Source of the DNA: Staphylococcus phage AH12
Direction: 5' to 3' (one strand)
DNA: 64,000 nt
Sequence record: OR455461.1
The notes under the pieces were generated by a model, which worked only from the letters and a program-made list of their open reading frames with translations, did no database searches and was not told where the DNA came from. A program made the translations under genes and the position numbers. Below are positions 47,626 to 58,052 of this stretch, piece after piece (the stretch's first letter is position 1; every line of letters begins with the position of its first letter).

Positions 47626-49101
47626 TTGGCTGAAGAAAAAGATAAAAAAGAGTCTAAAGAACAAGAACCTTTAAAAGTTGCTGACGATGATATGGCTTTA
47701 ATACCTCAAGCTGATGAGAAAAAAGGTGATTATGACTATCATGAATATGATCCTACTCAAAAAGATACTGGTGCTTTTATGGATGCTTTGGGTAATCAAA
47801 GACAAGCAACTGAATATTTAACAGATAAAAATGCTAAAGATAAAAAACAATTAAGAAATGTTAAAGGTGAACTAGATGTATTTGGAATGCCTATGTACTA
47901 TTCTAGTTTAGATGATCCTAATAGAAGAATATATAAAAGAACATTTGAATTAGATTTACCTTTAGTATTTATAATGCCGGGTATGCCTAAATTAAATGGT
48001 AAATTATTTGGTAAACCAGGAGAAGGTAAATTATGGAGTTTTGGTGAAGGAATGGATAGATTAGTAAACTCTGGGTTATCTTTAGTTGGTATCGGTAATA
48101 CTAAAGATGGTCGTATGATAAGCTTTGAACCTAAAATGGCTGAATATTATAAATATGTACAAACTATGGCTTCTCAAGTTCATGCATCAATGGGATTAAA
48201 AGGATCATTTGATCTAGGTGGATCTCTACAAGATGATAAAAACTATGGACTAGCTTACTATGCAGATAAATCAACTAGTATATCAGAATCTGCAATGCAT
48301 GAATATAATCAATCTGATATTGCTTCTCAAGTTAATAATAAAAACCAAGAAATACGAGAACAAAAAGAAATGGCTCGTATTGGAGGAGCTTCTATTTTAG
48401 GTAAAATTACAAGATCTATTAAAGATAGTGTTAATGATATGGTAGCAAATATGCCAGTTATTGGTGGTATTGTAGGTAACTTTATGGAACATTTAGATGG
48501 TGCAAGTATGTACTATCCCGATGTATGGATGAACTCGACATTCGATAGAACTTATAATCTAGAATTTAAATTCTATAGTGCTTATGGAGATCCTCAATCT
48601 ATCTTTGATAATGTATATTTACCATTCTTGTCACTATTAGTTTTAGCATTACCATTACAAGACTCAATTTTCTCTTATAAGCAACCATTTATTATTAGAG
48701 CTAATTGTCCTGGTAGATTTGAATGTAACACAGGTATAATAACTTCAATGAATATAGTTCGTGGTGAAGAGGGTACATGGACTGCAGATGGTTTCCCAAG
48801 AGAAATTACTGTATCTATTAATATTAGAGATATGTATCCAAACTTAATGGCATCAAAATCATTCCAACGTATGAAATTTAACACAGGATTATTATCTTAT
48901 ATTGATTGCTTAGCCGGAATTAGAAGGGATCAACTATCTATTATTGATAAAGCTCAAATTAATATGAAAACTCAATACTCTAGAAGTATGCAGGTAATTA
49001 AAGGAAGAGTCTTTCAACAACAAATTGATGATGCAATCTATGGATATAAATCCCAATATAATCCTCATCCAAATAGCCCGGGATTGAATATGTTTACTTA
49101 A
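47626..49101 (+). CDS. hypothetical virion-associated protein
   Basis: 491-aa ORF. TTG start after GGAAGTGAAATAAA. Position in the structural block. Confidence 0.5.
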   Translation: MAEEKDKKESKEQEPLKVADDDMALIPQADEKKGDYDYHEYDPTQKDTGAFMDALGNQRQATEYLTDKNAKDKKQLRNVKGELDVFGMPMYYSSLDDPNRRIYKRTFELDLPLVFIMPGMPKLNGKLFGKPGEGKLWSFGEGMDRLVNSGLSLVGIGNTKDGRMISFEPKMAEYYKYVQTMASQVHASMGLKGSFDLGGSLQDDKNYGLAYYADKSTSISESAMHEYNQSDIASQVNNKNQEIREQKEMARIGGASILGKITRSIKDSVNDMVANMPVIGGIVGNFMEHLDGASMYYPDVWMNSTFDRTYNLEFKFYSAYGDPQSIFDNVYLPFLSLLVLALPLQDSIFSYKQPFIIRANCPGRFECNTGIITSMNIVRGEEGTWTADGFPREITVSINIRDMYPNLMASKSFQRMKFNTGLLSYIDCLAGIRRDQLSIIDKAQINMKTQYSRSMQVIKGRVFQQQIDDAIYGYKSQYNPHPNSPGLNMFT

Positions 49102-49135
49102 TTTAAAATTAATATAACTGAAAGGAACTAAAATT

Positions 49136-51298
49136 ATGAAATTATATAGAATAGAAGAATTAATTGATAAACACAATTCTGGAGACATTGTAATAACTAA
49201 AATTAAAGATAATGAAAATAAAACTTTAATAGAAACTAAAACAAAGAAAAGTGATAAATTAATATTAAGAGTGAAATTCAATTCTGAGGAATATAATAAA
49301 TTTATATTTAATGAAGATAATACACTTGATATTTTAAAATCAGAAGATTATATCAAAAGTGAATATGGATTAGAGAATCCAACTTTTAGATTAGAGGATA
49401 TTTCTTCAGATATTTTAGTATATGAAGAAAGACCTTATGAAATTATCGGTGATTTAAAATATGACTTATTTACTATATTCTATAATTATTTAGGTAAAAC
49501 AGAGAGAATTTATGATACAAACTTCATAGGTAATATAGAATATGAAGATTTGTCTTTTAATAGTATAGAAAGAAAGGAAGTGAAAATAGAACCTTACCCA
49601 CCAATATATCAAGATAATAGAAAGTACCCTAAAGATTATGCTTATAATAGTAAAGTATTAAAAGAATCTGAAATTATAGATGGTTTAATACATGAAGGGT
49701 TATTAGATGATGGCAGGATATTTTATGATGCATATCTAGGTGATATATATAAAACAAGGGAAAGCATCTTTGATGGAGCTTATAAAAGAAAATCAGGATA
49801 TGATAGATTTCTTGGAGAAGGCTATGTAACTATTGAAGATGGAATATTGGAAATGAATATTTATATTCCTAAGTCTTCTTATTATGAAGTTAGATGTAAA
49901 AATGGAAACCACTTTAGTAATGGTACAGTAAACAAAGTATTTGTGGACAATGTAGGATACTATTTTAGATCTCCGACAGATAGGGAATTTATATGGAATA
50001 GATCTATATTAGAATTTTACAAAGATTCAGAAAATGAATTTTATGAAGAAGTACCATTGTATTTGGAAAAAGGAAAACATACGTTTAAATTTGAATACGA
50101 TAAAAGATTCTCTACTAAAAATAATGATATAGATATTCTTATACTTCGAGAGACTGAAGTTCCTAAATCTAAAAATCCTTTTTATATTAAAACTTATAAT
50201 GACTTCAAGATTGGTACTCGTACTATAATTCCAATGAGTGATTTTTATGTAGATAATGATTCACTAAATATGGGTACTGGAAATATCTTAGAAACTGTAA
50301 AGATAAATGGTAAATTAACTTCTATTGATGAAGTTAATAGAATGAACAATAAATTTACAATTTTAACAGGTACACTTAGAAATGAAATAACATTAACTGA
50401 ATCTGGAATGTACACATTCAATTTACTGTTTAGAAGAAAAAATGAGAATGAAGTTAATAATAAAAAAGAAGAAGCAATAATTAGTATAAATGGTAAGAAT
50501 TACTTAGCCAAAGTATATGAAGATCATAATGATTTATGTACATTGTCTTTATACAAGAGAAATACTGTTTTAGGTATAGATGATCGTATTAAAGAAGTAT
50601 ATCTAAAAAAAGAAAATGAAATTAAAATAACAGTACCCGATGAAAATAATTTTTTATTTGATTCATTGATAATAAATTCAAATACTATTGAAAAACATTC
50701 AAATGTCAATCCAAAAGCATTATTATATCCTAATATTAAAGATCATTATTTCATATTTAAGGATTATGTAGAAACAAATAATGATGATGAGTTAAATAAT
50801 ATTGATGGTGAAAAATCAAGATCATTCAGAAGTATTAGTGAATATATAGATACTGAAGATAATATTGAGTTTTATATAGAAAAACCTCCTATATATTACG
50901 CTATTAATGAATTTGATTATAATACTAGAAAATTGGAATTCGATATTAGGTATAAAAACCCAATACAAAATTTAGATATTTCTTTCCAAATAAAATCTCA
51001 TTATTTACCTAAAATTTTAATGATACATGATGATATGCAATTTGATAGATATATGATATTTAAACCTTATGTATTTGAATCCATTAAATATCTGAGTCAG
51101 GATTATACTTATGATGGTTATATTAGTAAATTTAATAAGTATGATGCTAAATTAGTTCCACTACAGAATTTTACTGAAAGTGAAATTGGTGAAACAATAT
51201 ACGATCTCGGAGAAAATTGGAAAAACAAATTATTGAATGAAACTGAGAATTTAGACATTATAACATTATGTCACATATATTCTAGAATAAATTATTAA
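49136..51298 (+). CDS. hypothetical protein (possible baseplate/fibre component)
   Basis: 720-aa ORF. Bidirectional terminator at 51305..51334. Confidence 0.5.
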   Translation: MKLYRIEELIDKHNSGDIVITKIKDNENKTLIETKTKKSDKLILRVKFNSEEYNKFIFNEDNTLDILKSEDYIKSEYGLENPTFRLEDISSDILVYEERPYEIIGDLKYDLFTIFYNYLGKTERIYDTNFIGNIEYEDLSFNSIERKEVKIEPYPPIYQDNRKYPKDYAYNSKVLKESEIIDGLIHEGLLDDGRIFYDAYLGDIYKTRESIFDGAYKRKSGYDRFLGEGYVTIEDGILEMNIYIPKSSYYEVRCKNGNHFSNGTVNKVFVDNVGYYFRSPTDREFIWNRSILEFYKDSENEFYEEVPLYLEKGKHTFKFEYDKRFSTKNNDIDILILRETEVPKSKNPFYIKTYNDFKIGTRTIIPMSDFYVDNDSLNMGTGNILETVKINGKLTSIDEVNRMNNKFTILTGTLRNEITLTESGMYTFNLLFRRKNENEVNNKKEEAIISINGKNYLAKVYEDHNDLCTLSLYKRNTVLGIDDRIKEVYLKKENEIKITVPDENNFLFDSLIINSNTIEKHSNVNPKALLYPNIKDHYFIFKDYVETNNDDELNNIDGEKSRSFRSISEYIDTEDNIEFYIEKPPIYYAINEFDYNTRKLEFDIRYKNPIQNLDISFQIKSHYLPKILMIHDDMQFDRYMIFKPYVFESIKYLSQDYTYDGYISKFNKYDAKLVPLQNFTESEIGETIYDLGENWKNKLLNETENLDIITLCHIYSRINY

Positions 51299-51304
51299 AA
51301 TATA

Positions 51305-51340
51305 TCCCCTAACACATTTATTTGTGTTAGGGGATTTTTA
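51305..51340. terminator. bidirectional terminator
   Basis: Stem TCCCCTAACAC..GTGTTAGGGGA plus T-run. Lies between convergent genes. Confidence 0.6.
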
Positions 51341-51349
51341 TTGCTAAAA

Positions 51350-52156
51350 TTATTTAATATCTCCGTTACCTGAACCTGTAATTCCACCTTTGTTATAATC
51401 AAAGTCAGAAAGCTGAGCTCCTGCTTCTTTAGGTGCATTAGGATCAAACATACCTTGTTCAACGAAGCTGTATACTTCTTTAAGTTTAGACTTAGCGAAG
51501 TCATTTACACGAGCAGAGATTTCCATATTACCTGCGAAATCTTGTTCAATTTGAACTTCTTCGTGAGTTTCCATAGTATAGTTATGGTGATCAATGCTAA
51601 TACGAGTAGGCATAACAGCTGTATAGTAAGCAGCAAATTCAATATTATTTTTACTAGTGTTATTAGCATCAGGACGAGTTTGGATGTATAGTAATTCTCC
51701 TGTATGGTTCTTAGCAGCATATTCTAAGTTATGAATCTTAGGATAAGTAGCAATACCAGTACGAGGATCACGGATACCAGATACCCAATATTGATACATA
51801 TTTTTAATTGGACTACCAGAGAATTCTTGGTGAGTCATTTGGAAACCAGTGTTCCCTTTAGTGATAGACGCAGCAGTACGATAGTTATTACCGTTAAATG
51901 TATGCATATAATCATTTGTAGTTAATTCAATATTTTCTAAACCTTGGAATGATTTAAAGTTCTTTTGAGTCATAGCTTTAAATCCAGGGAATTGTTTTTC
52001 AACCCATGAAGGAACTTTAGTCCATACGATAAAGCTGTAACCAGTTACGAACGGATCAAACTCAAGAGTTTGTAAGTTCATATGGCCATTGTAGAACCAT
52101 TTATTTTTAGCGATGTTATTATCAAATACACGCTGATTCTTACTTGGTAAAATCAT
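51350..52156 (-). CDS. putative tail tube protein
   Basis: 268-aa ORF directly downstream of the putative sheath gene. Assignment by gene order and size only. Confidence 0.35.
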   Translation of the reverse strand: MILPSKNQRVFDNNIAKNKWFYNGHMNLQTLEFDPFVTGYSFIVWTKVPSWVEKQFPGFKAMTQKNFKSFQGLENIELTTNDYMHTFNGNNYRTAASITKGNTGFQMTHQEFSGSPIKNMYQYWVSGIRDPRTGIATYPKIHNLEYAAKNHTGELLYIQTRPDANNTSKNNIEFAAYYTAVMPTRISIDHHNYTMETHEEVQIEQDFAGNMEISARVNDFAKSKLKEVYSFVEQGMFDPNAPKEAGAQLSDFDYNKGGITGSGNGDIK

Positions 52157-52288
52157 AGATTATTTTCTCCTTTTCATAAATATTTATCCATAATGATATA
52201 TAATAAAGAGTTTATATAAACTTCATATTAGTATAAATAATTATAAGATAATATCTTTTATATTTTAAAATTTATATAAATAAAAAAT

Positions 52289-52315
52289 AGGATACGACTT
52301 ACATTGTCGTATCCT
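52289..52315 (-). terminator. rho-independent terminator downstream of putative sheath gene
   Basis: Stem AGGATACGAC..GTCGTATCCT with a U-run on the minus strand. Confidence 0.55.
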
Positions 52316-52337
52316 ATAATGGGTTTATATTAAACTA

Positions 52338-55300
52338 TTATTTTTCAACATTGATATCAATGAAGATACGTTCAATAACATTATTGAATTTAACAGAAAT
52401 ACGTACACGTACGATACGTTGAGCTTTATCATATTCATCAGCACTAACTTCAGCTTGAATAGTTTCACAGCTACGGTTAGATACATAACGAGTTAAATAA
52501 GAATTCAATTCTGTATTCATGATAGAACGAGTTTCATCATCATTAAGTTCAAATTGGTAATCAGATACAAGTAATTCTGCATCACGTTTAATTTGATTTA
52601 ATGTGAAGATATTATTAAGGTTAGATAATGGACCATCTGATTTAATAGATGTCATTTGAGAACCAAATTTAGTTCTATCAATATCTTTTTCAATGTAGTT
52701 AATTTTAGAAGTATAAAGTTTTTCTTTATAAGGTTCATTAGGAGCCCATGATAAAGCTTTATGTCCTTCTACTAGTCCACGTCTAGGTCCTGCAATAGGG
52801 AAGTGTAAACCAGAGTTAATTGCTTGATAAGGAATCATTGAAGCTAAACGATAAGTTGGTGTGAAACGAATGTCTCTACCAGTATACTCATCATAATAAG
52901 TTAAATCTTGAGAGTAAATAGCTGTGTACTCAGAAGATACTGCAAATTCTTCTTTTCTCCATTTAATTGCATCTTCAGGACTAACTGGGTAACGATCTGT
53001 AATAGTATCAGCTAAGAATACAAAGTCTTTACGGTTGTTTTTAGCTAATTCAGAAATAGCGAACTTAACTTCGTTAGAATAACGAGCATCAAGAACAACA
53101 TCAAACGGAACAGCTTTTGTATTTGTTAAATCTTCATCAATTAAACCTTTATAAGCTTTAATTAATTCACGATTAACTGCATTCTTACGTTCACTATATG
53201 ATAAATCATTTTCATAAGAGAAATCGCCATCTGAACCGAATAAGAATTTAACTGGACTAGCCACATCAATAAGGTTAGTATTGAAGTATTTAGAGTTAGC
53301 TTTATTCAAGTTAGCAACAGCTAATTCAATATTTTGATGAGCATTTGAAGTGATATCACGTTCAGTATAGTTAGAACGAGTTTGGATCATTTCATCAATA
53401 TTCTTACGGAAAATAGCAATATCATAATAGATAGTGTTAGCTGCAATACGTACAGCACGAGCAACTTTATAAGTTGAAGATACTGAAACCGCTCTATTAA
53501 TTAAGTCAACTAATTGATTAGCAATTTCATTACATGTAGTATAAACTTCTTCACGATTAGTTGCATTATCATCCATTAAACCTACACGAACATCATCAAT
53601 TAATAATTGACAATCTGCAATACGATTTAACATAGATTCAGGAGAAACTATTTCACGTTCACCGTCTCCATCTTCATCAGGAATAGTGTTAATGAATGTG
53701 ATAGCGTCTTCTGGTAATCCTTCTTTAACAGCAGGAATTAAATTGTCAGTAACATATTTAAGTTCAGTTTCAGTATCATTTAATACTTTACTCATACCTT
53801 CAATATTAGTTACAGATTTCATTCCAATACGTAATTCAGCAATATCATTAGTAATATCTAAGATATTAGATTTATGCTGAATACCAAAGATACGGATTTG
53901 GTCTTTTTGAGAAAGAATATCACGTAATTCTTTAACATCTGCTTGATATTTAGGATTTGAAGAAATACCTGAGTTAGATTTATAAACTAATTCATAAGCG
54001 GCATTAAGTTTATTACCATTGTCTAAGAATTCATTTAATAGTAAAGAACCAATTTCTTCAGAAGAAGCTAATACAGCTGATAAGTTTTCTTCATTAGAAT
54101 CTTCGAAATAAGTTTTATAGTTTTCAACTAATTCAGATACAACACCTGAAGGTTTACCACCAAAGTTAATTTCAGAAGGTTTGAATTTTTCAGCTAATTC
54201 TTTTTCTACTGCTTCTTCATCTTCGATATTAGCTGTAACATCTTCTTGAGTTAATTTATCAGAAACTAAATTCTCTTTAATTATCTTAGGAAGATCACCT
54301 GCATCATCAACAAATAGTCCACCATTAGGCACGATAATTTTGTTTAAGATTGATTTAAATTCAGAGAATTTATCAGAACGTAGAGTCTTATATTGATCTC
54401 TCATGTAAGATAAACGATCAGAATCTGTTACGAATGATTTCTCACGAATACCATTATCTAATGAAATTAAAGCATTTTCAACTGGATCGTTAAAATCAGG
54501 TTTATTTAATACTGGTTGTCCATTAATAGTTACTGGAATACCTTTATTATTATAACGTTGTAAAGAAACATGAACATCTTCTGAATCTTTAGTAACTTCA
54601 GAATAGAATGTTTCAGGTGCTCCGTCTAAACCTACTTTAGAACGTCCAGAAATAACATCAATACTAGCTGGATGAACATATGGATTAATTTGTTCAGCTA
54701 ATCTTTGGAAATTTTCAATATTAAATTTAATATTGATATATTTAGAATAACGATTAACTACTTCTTCGATAAACATTGATTCACCAGTATCAGAAATTGA
54801 ATCTGTATCAAATGTTACTAAGAAAGGTCCATCTATTACATTAACATTACCAAATTCATCGAAATCTAATACTTCTAGATTATAAACACGTTCTGTACGA
54901 CCACTAGTGTCATAAGAAGTATTTAAAGTTAAACGAATTCCTAGATCGTTATAAGATTCACCACGACCATTTGGATAAGCTAATAGTAAGAAATTATTAT
55001 TATATCCATCTACAGTTTGTTCTGCAGTACGATCTAATGAAATTTCATTTACTAATTCTTCAATATTTCTATTATTTTTCTTAACAAATGCAATAGTTGG
55101 ACGAATTTTAACATCATCAATTTCTACTAATTCATTTGCTTCTGTTAAAACTTTTTTGCCTTTACGTTGAACTCTACTTTGAACATTTAAAATGGCATGA
55201 GAATAAGTTGCGTTGTTAGGTAGTACACGTAATACGTAAGCTTGACCACCAGAACGTAACCAGTTTACCATGTTGTAAGCAGTTTGTCCATATTTTGCGT

Positions 55301-55487
55301 AATTTGGTTCACCATATTTAAAGATAAATTCTTCTTCAGTACCAACAAAGTCAATAACTCCATCTTTACCTTTTTCAAATGTGTCAGCTGCAAATAAAGT
55401 CACTGGACCTTGAGCTGTTTGGAAGTTATTTTGATAAGAGTTAACTTGAGTTTGTACAGAAGGATGGAGATACATAAAGTCTGCCAT
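52338..55487 (-). CDS. putative tail sheath protein (large, 1049 aa)
   Basis: C-terminal ..FDVVLDARYSNEVKFAISELAKNNRKDFVFLADT resembles the conserved sheath core (cf T4 gp18 ..DVQLFIAGSCAGE..CLVLCSPP). Codon usage suggests a highly expressed structural gene. Weak motif-level call. Confidence 0.4.
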   Translation of the reverse strand: MADFMYLHPSVQTQVNSYQNNFQTAQGPVTLFAADTFEKGKDGVIDFVGTEEEFIFKYGEPNYAKYGQTAYNMVNWLRSGGQAYVLRVLPNNATYSHAILNVQSRVQRKGKKVLTEANELVEIDDVKIRPTIAFVKKNNRNIEELVNEISLDRTAEQTVDGYNNNFLLLAYPNGRGESYNDLGIRLTLNTSYDTSGRTERVYNLEVLDFDEFGNVNVIDGPFLVTFDTDSISDTGESMFIEEVVNRYSKYINIKFNIENFQRLAEQINPYVHPASIDVISGRSKVGLDGAPETFYSEVTKDSEDVHVSLQRYNNKGIPVTINGQPVLNKPDFNDPVENALISLDNGIREKSFVTDSDRLSYMRDQYKTLRSDKFSEFKSILNKIIVPNGGLFVDDAGDLPKIIKENLVSDKLTQEDVTANIEDEEAVEKELAEKFKPSEINFGGKPSGVVSELVENYKTYFEDSNEENLSAVLASSEEIGSLLLNEFLDNGNKLNAAYELVYKSNSGISSNPKYQADVKELRDILSQKDQIRIFGIQHKSNILDITNDIAELRIGMKSVTNIEGMSKVLNDTETELKYVTDNLIPAVKEGLPEDAITFINTIPDEDGDGEREIVSPESMLNRIADCQLLIDDVRVGLMDDNATNREEVYTTCNEIANQLVDLINRAVSVSSTYKVARAVRIAANTIYYDIAIFRKNIDEMIQTRSNYTERDITSNAHQNIELAVANLNKANSKYFNTNLIDVASPVKFLFGSDGDFSYENDLSYSERKNAVNRELIKAYKGLIDEDLTNTKAVPFDVVLDARYSNEVKFAISELAKNNRKDFVFLADTITDRYPVSPEDAIKWRKEEFAVSSEYTAIYSQDLTYYDEYTGRDIRFTPTYRLASMIPYQAINSGLHFPIAGPRRGLVEGHKALSWAPNEPYKEKLYTSKINYIEKDIDRTKFGSQMTSIKSDGPLSNLNNIFTLNQIKRDAELLVSDYQFELNDDETRSIMNTELNSYLTRYVSNRSCETIQAEVSADEYDKAQRIVRVRISVKFNNVIERIFIDINVEK

Positions 55488-55614
55488 ATTTTTTGTAACC
55501 TTCCTTTCGATATTTACATCTATGTGATTTTATTTTTTCAATAGACATTTTTAATATAATAAATTTTATAATAGTATGTTTAAAGTACAGAAGTATATAT
55601 GAAACACAATGTAG

Positions 55615-55809
55615 CTATTCCATAGAACTTTTAACTAATTTTTCTACATCAGATTTATATTCTTCAGGTACTTGATCTATACTTATTTCATTTTGAAAAA
55701 CTAAAAATGCTAAATAAGGTTTAAAATATTTTTTATTAGAATTAAATTTAGCAAATAACAGTAAAGATTTTACCAAAGGTAATAAATTTTTTGATAATTT
55801 CCATATCAT
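55615..55809 (-). CDS. small hypothetical protein
   Basis: 64-aa ORF. Confidence 0.3.
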   Translation of the reverse strand: MIWKLSKNLLPLVKSLLLFAKFNSNKKYFKPYLAFLVFQNEISIDQVPEEYKSDVEKLVKSSME

Positions 55810-55829
55810 ATTATTAACACTTCTTTCTA

Positions 55830-56603
55830 TTAATATTTCATAACATCTTCTAAAGGTGTACGTTTTTCTTCTCCACCCTTAGCAGTTCTACCTATAGAAC
55901 TTACAATTGTATCGTCCATTCCTTCAAATGTAAATGAAGCAAATGTTGAATTAAGATTAGGTAGTTTCTTAAGGTTATAATTAATATAATCTAATGATCC
56001 TACATTATCTTTTTTATTCAAAGCTATTCTATAAGGCATTTCTACATTACCTTTATATCTACATATTTCAGCAATAATTAATTCATAAGTTAATGAATTT
56101 GATTTAAGATTTACTTTATTACTATTTAATACATCATAATGAAGTTTAATAATATCATTATAATCTACAAATGAAGGTAATTTACCTGCATGGAATAAAA
56201 ATAAAAAATTCTTAACAGTTTCAGCTGATTGTTCAATATGTACATTAGCCATAAACTGACATCCATTAGTTAATCTAAATACATCATACTGAATTGGATC
56301 TAAACCTTCTGATAATTTCCCATCAAATTTAAACTGTTCTGTATAGTTGAAATCCATTCTGTTAGGATATTTAATCTTTCTAACTTCTCCAGATTTACCT
56401 TCTTCAGCTTGTTTTTCAGTTTTAATTTCAAATTGGAACATACCATAAGCATTAATATATTCTCCACGATGTTCAGCTAAACCATTTTTAAATTGTTCTC
56501 TTGGTATATAAATATCTAATACTTCACCAGTAAAAATTATTGAATTTCCATCTCTTTTAAATTCTTTAATATTCAATTTTAAATATATCTCCCTTCCATT
56601 CAA
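55830..56603 (-). CDS. hypothetical protein
   Basis: 257-aa ORF. Confidence 0.5.
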   Translation of the reverse strand: MNGREIYLKLNIKEFKRDGNSIIFTGEVLDIYIPREQFKNGLAEHRGEYINAYGMFQFEIKTEKQAEEGKSGEVRKIKYPNRMDFNYTEQFKFDGKLSEGLDPIQYDVFRLTNGCQFMANVHIEQSAETVKNFLFLFHAGKLPSFVDYNDIIKLHYDVLNSNKVNLKSNSLTYELIIAEICRYKGNVEMPYRIALNKKDNVGSLDYINYNLKKLPNLNSTFASFTFEGMDDTIVSSIGRTAKGGEEKRTPLEDVMKY

Positions 56604-56654
56604 TATTTCATAAATATAAGAATGTTAAAGCTCAATTTTCGTGCGTAAAAAATA

Positions 56655-56683
56655 CCCTAACATCTCAGTTAGAAATGTTAGGG
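56655..56683 (-). terminator. rho-independent terminator downstream of nrdF
   Basis: Stem CCCTAACAT..ATGTTAGGG with a U-run on the minus strand. Confidence 0.5.
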
Positions 56684-56711
56684 CTGCAAATTAATCATAT
56701 ACATTTGTTTA

Positions 56712-57785
56712 TTAATCTATATAGTAGCTGTGTTTGAATCTATCATCTGCTTTATCTTTATATGAATTAATAATATTTTTATTAAGTTCATTAACATCAA
56801 TTACATCGTAATCTTCTTCTTTAGTATTTTCAGCTTTACCAATAAGATATCCGTTACCTTCTTGAGAGAAGAAATCATGATTACCAGTAGAAGTTTTTAA
56901 TCCAGCCATTACAATTGGATTTACATCTTCTTCAGTAGTTTCGAAAATAGGATCTAATTTAAGATTTAATAAAGCTTTATTGGCATTATATTGAGCAAAT
57001 ATTTTAACATCTTCAGCCCAACCAATTTCAGTATAAACTTCTTCAATGAATTCACATTCAACTTGATAAAGTTCAAATAGTAAATTAGTTACCCACATTT
57101 TAATTTCGTTTTGTTCATTTTCTTCTAATTTTTCATAACGTTTACCAAATTTATATCCAATATAAGAACCATGAAGTGACTCATCTCTTAAGATTAATTT
57201 AATGATTTCTAATACACTTTTAAGACTATCTTTTAATCTTAATGGAGTATAAAAACCTGAATAAAATAAGAATGACTCTAAGAATACTGAAGCGGCTTGC
57301 ACTTTAAGGATATCACCTGATTGATAAGCTTCATTAATCAATTTAATTTTCTTTTGAACATGTTCATTTTCTTCTACCCATTTGAAGTTTTCATCTACTT
57401 GTTTTGAATTTAACAAAGTAGTAAAAATAGTACTATACGAGCGATTGTGAATACTTTCCATAAATCTGATGTTGTTTAATACATCTTCTTCCATAGGTGT
57501 AAGAGCATGATGAAGTAAAGCATCTCCTCCTTCACGTGATTGAAGTGTATCAAGAGTAGTTAATTCGGCAAATACTTTATTAACTACATCTTTTGTATTA
57601 TCATCTAATCCATTCCAAGCTTTAATATCATTTGAAACTGGAATACGTGTTGAAGTCCAAAATTGTGATACTAAAGTATCAAATGTCATTAAATCTACAT
57701 AATCGTCTACTTTATTCCAATTCATAGGACTATAATAACTTTTATTATCATTACTACTTGTTAAGAAATTTCCTTTTGTTGTCAT
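56712..57785 (-). CDS. nrdF: ribonucleotide reductase class Ib beta subunit
   Basis: 357 aa. Ferritin-like R2 signatures (..MESIHNRSYSTIF.., ..EEV..E..). Downstream of nrdE in the nrdHIEF arrangement. Confidence 0.8.
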   Translation of the reverse strand: MTTKGNFLTSSNDNKSYYSPMNWNKVDDYVDLMTFDTLVSQFWTSTRIPVSNDIKAWNGLDDNTKDVVNKVFAELTTLDTLQSREGGDALLHHALTPMEEDVLNNIRFMESIHNRSYSTIFTTLLNSKQVDENFKWVEENEHVQKKIKLINEAYQSGDILKVQAASVFLESFLFYSGFYTPLRLKDSLKSVLEIIKLILRDESLHGSYIGYKFGKRYEKLEENEQNEIKMWVTNLLFELYQVECEFIEEVYTEIGWAEDVKIFAQYNANKALLNLKLDPIFETTEEDVNPIVMAGLKTSTGNHDFFSQEGNGYLIGKAENTKEEDYDVIDVNELNKNIINSYKDKADDRFKHSYYID

Positions 57786-57806
57786 CTAAGTAACTCTCCT
57801 TATTCT

Positions 57807-58052
57807 TTATACTAATATAAAATCAATTATCTTTACTTTTTTATCTCTAACATGTCTAAATTGATCATCATAATTTTCTAAGTAATAATGAACTTTATTA
57901 TCCAAGTCAGAGCTATTAGAGATGACCTCTTTAGCTCCACTTGGTAAATCTATTACTACTATTAATATTTCTGGTTCTTTATTTAAATTTCTATATTTAC
58001 TTTCAAATTTTTCTTTTAATGTCATATAATTTCCTCCAATTAGATAGAACAA
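57807..58052 (-). CDS. small hypothetical protein between nrdE and nrdF
   Basis: 81-aa ORF. Overlaps the nrdE stop by 13 nt. Confidence 0.4.
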   Translation of the reverse strand: MFYLIGGNYMTLKEKFESKYRNLNKEPEILIVVIDLPSGAKEVISNSSDLDNKVHYYLENYDDQFRHVRDKKVKIIDFILV

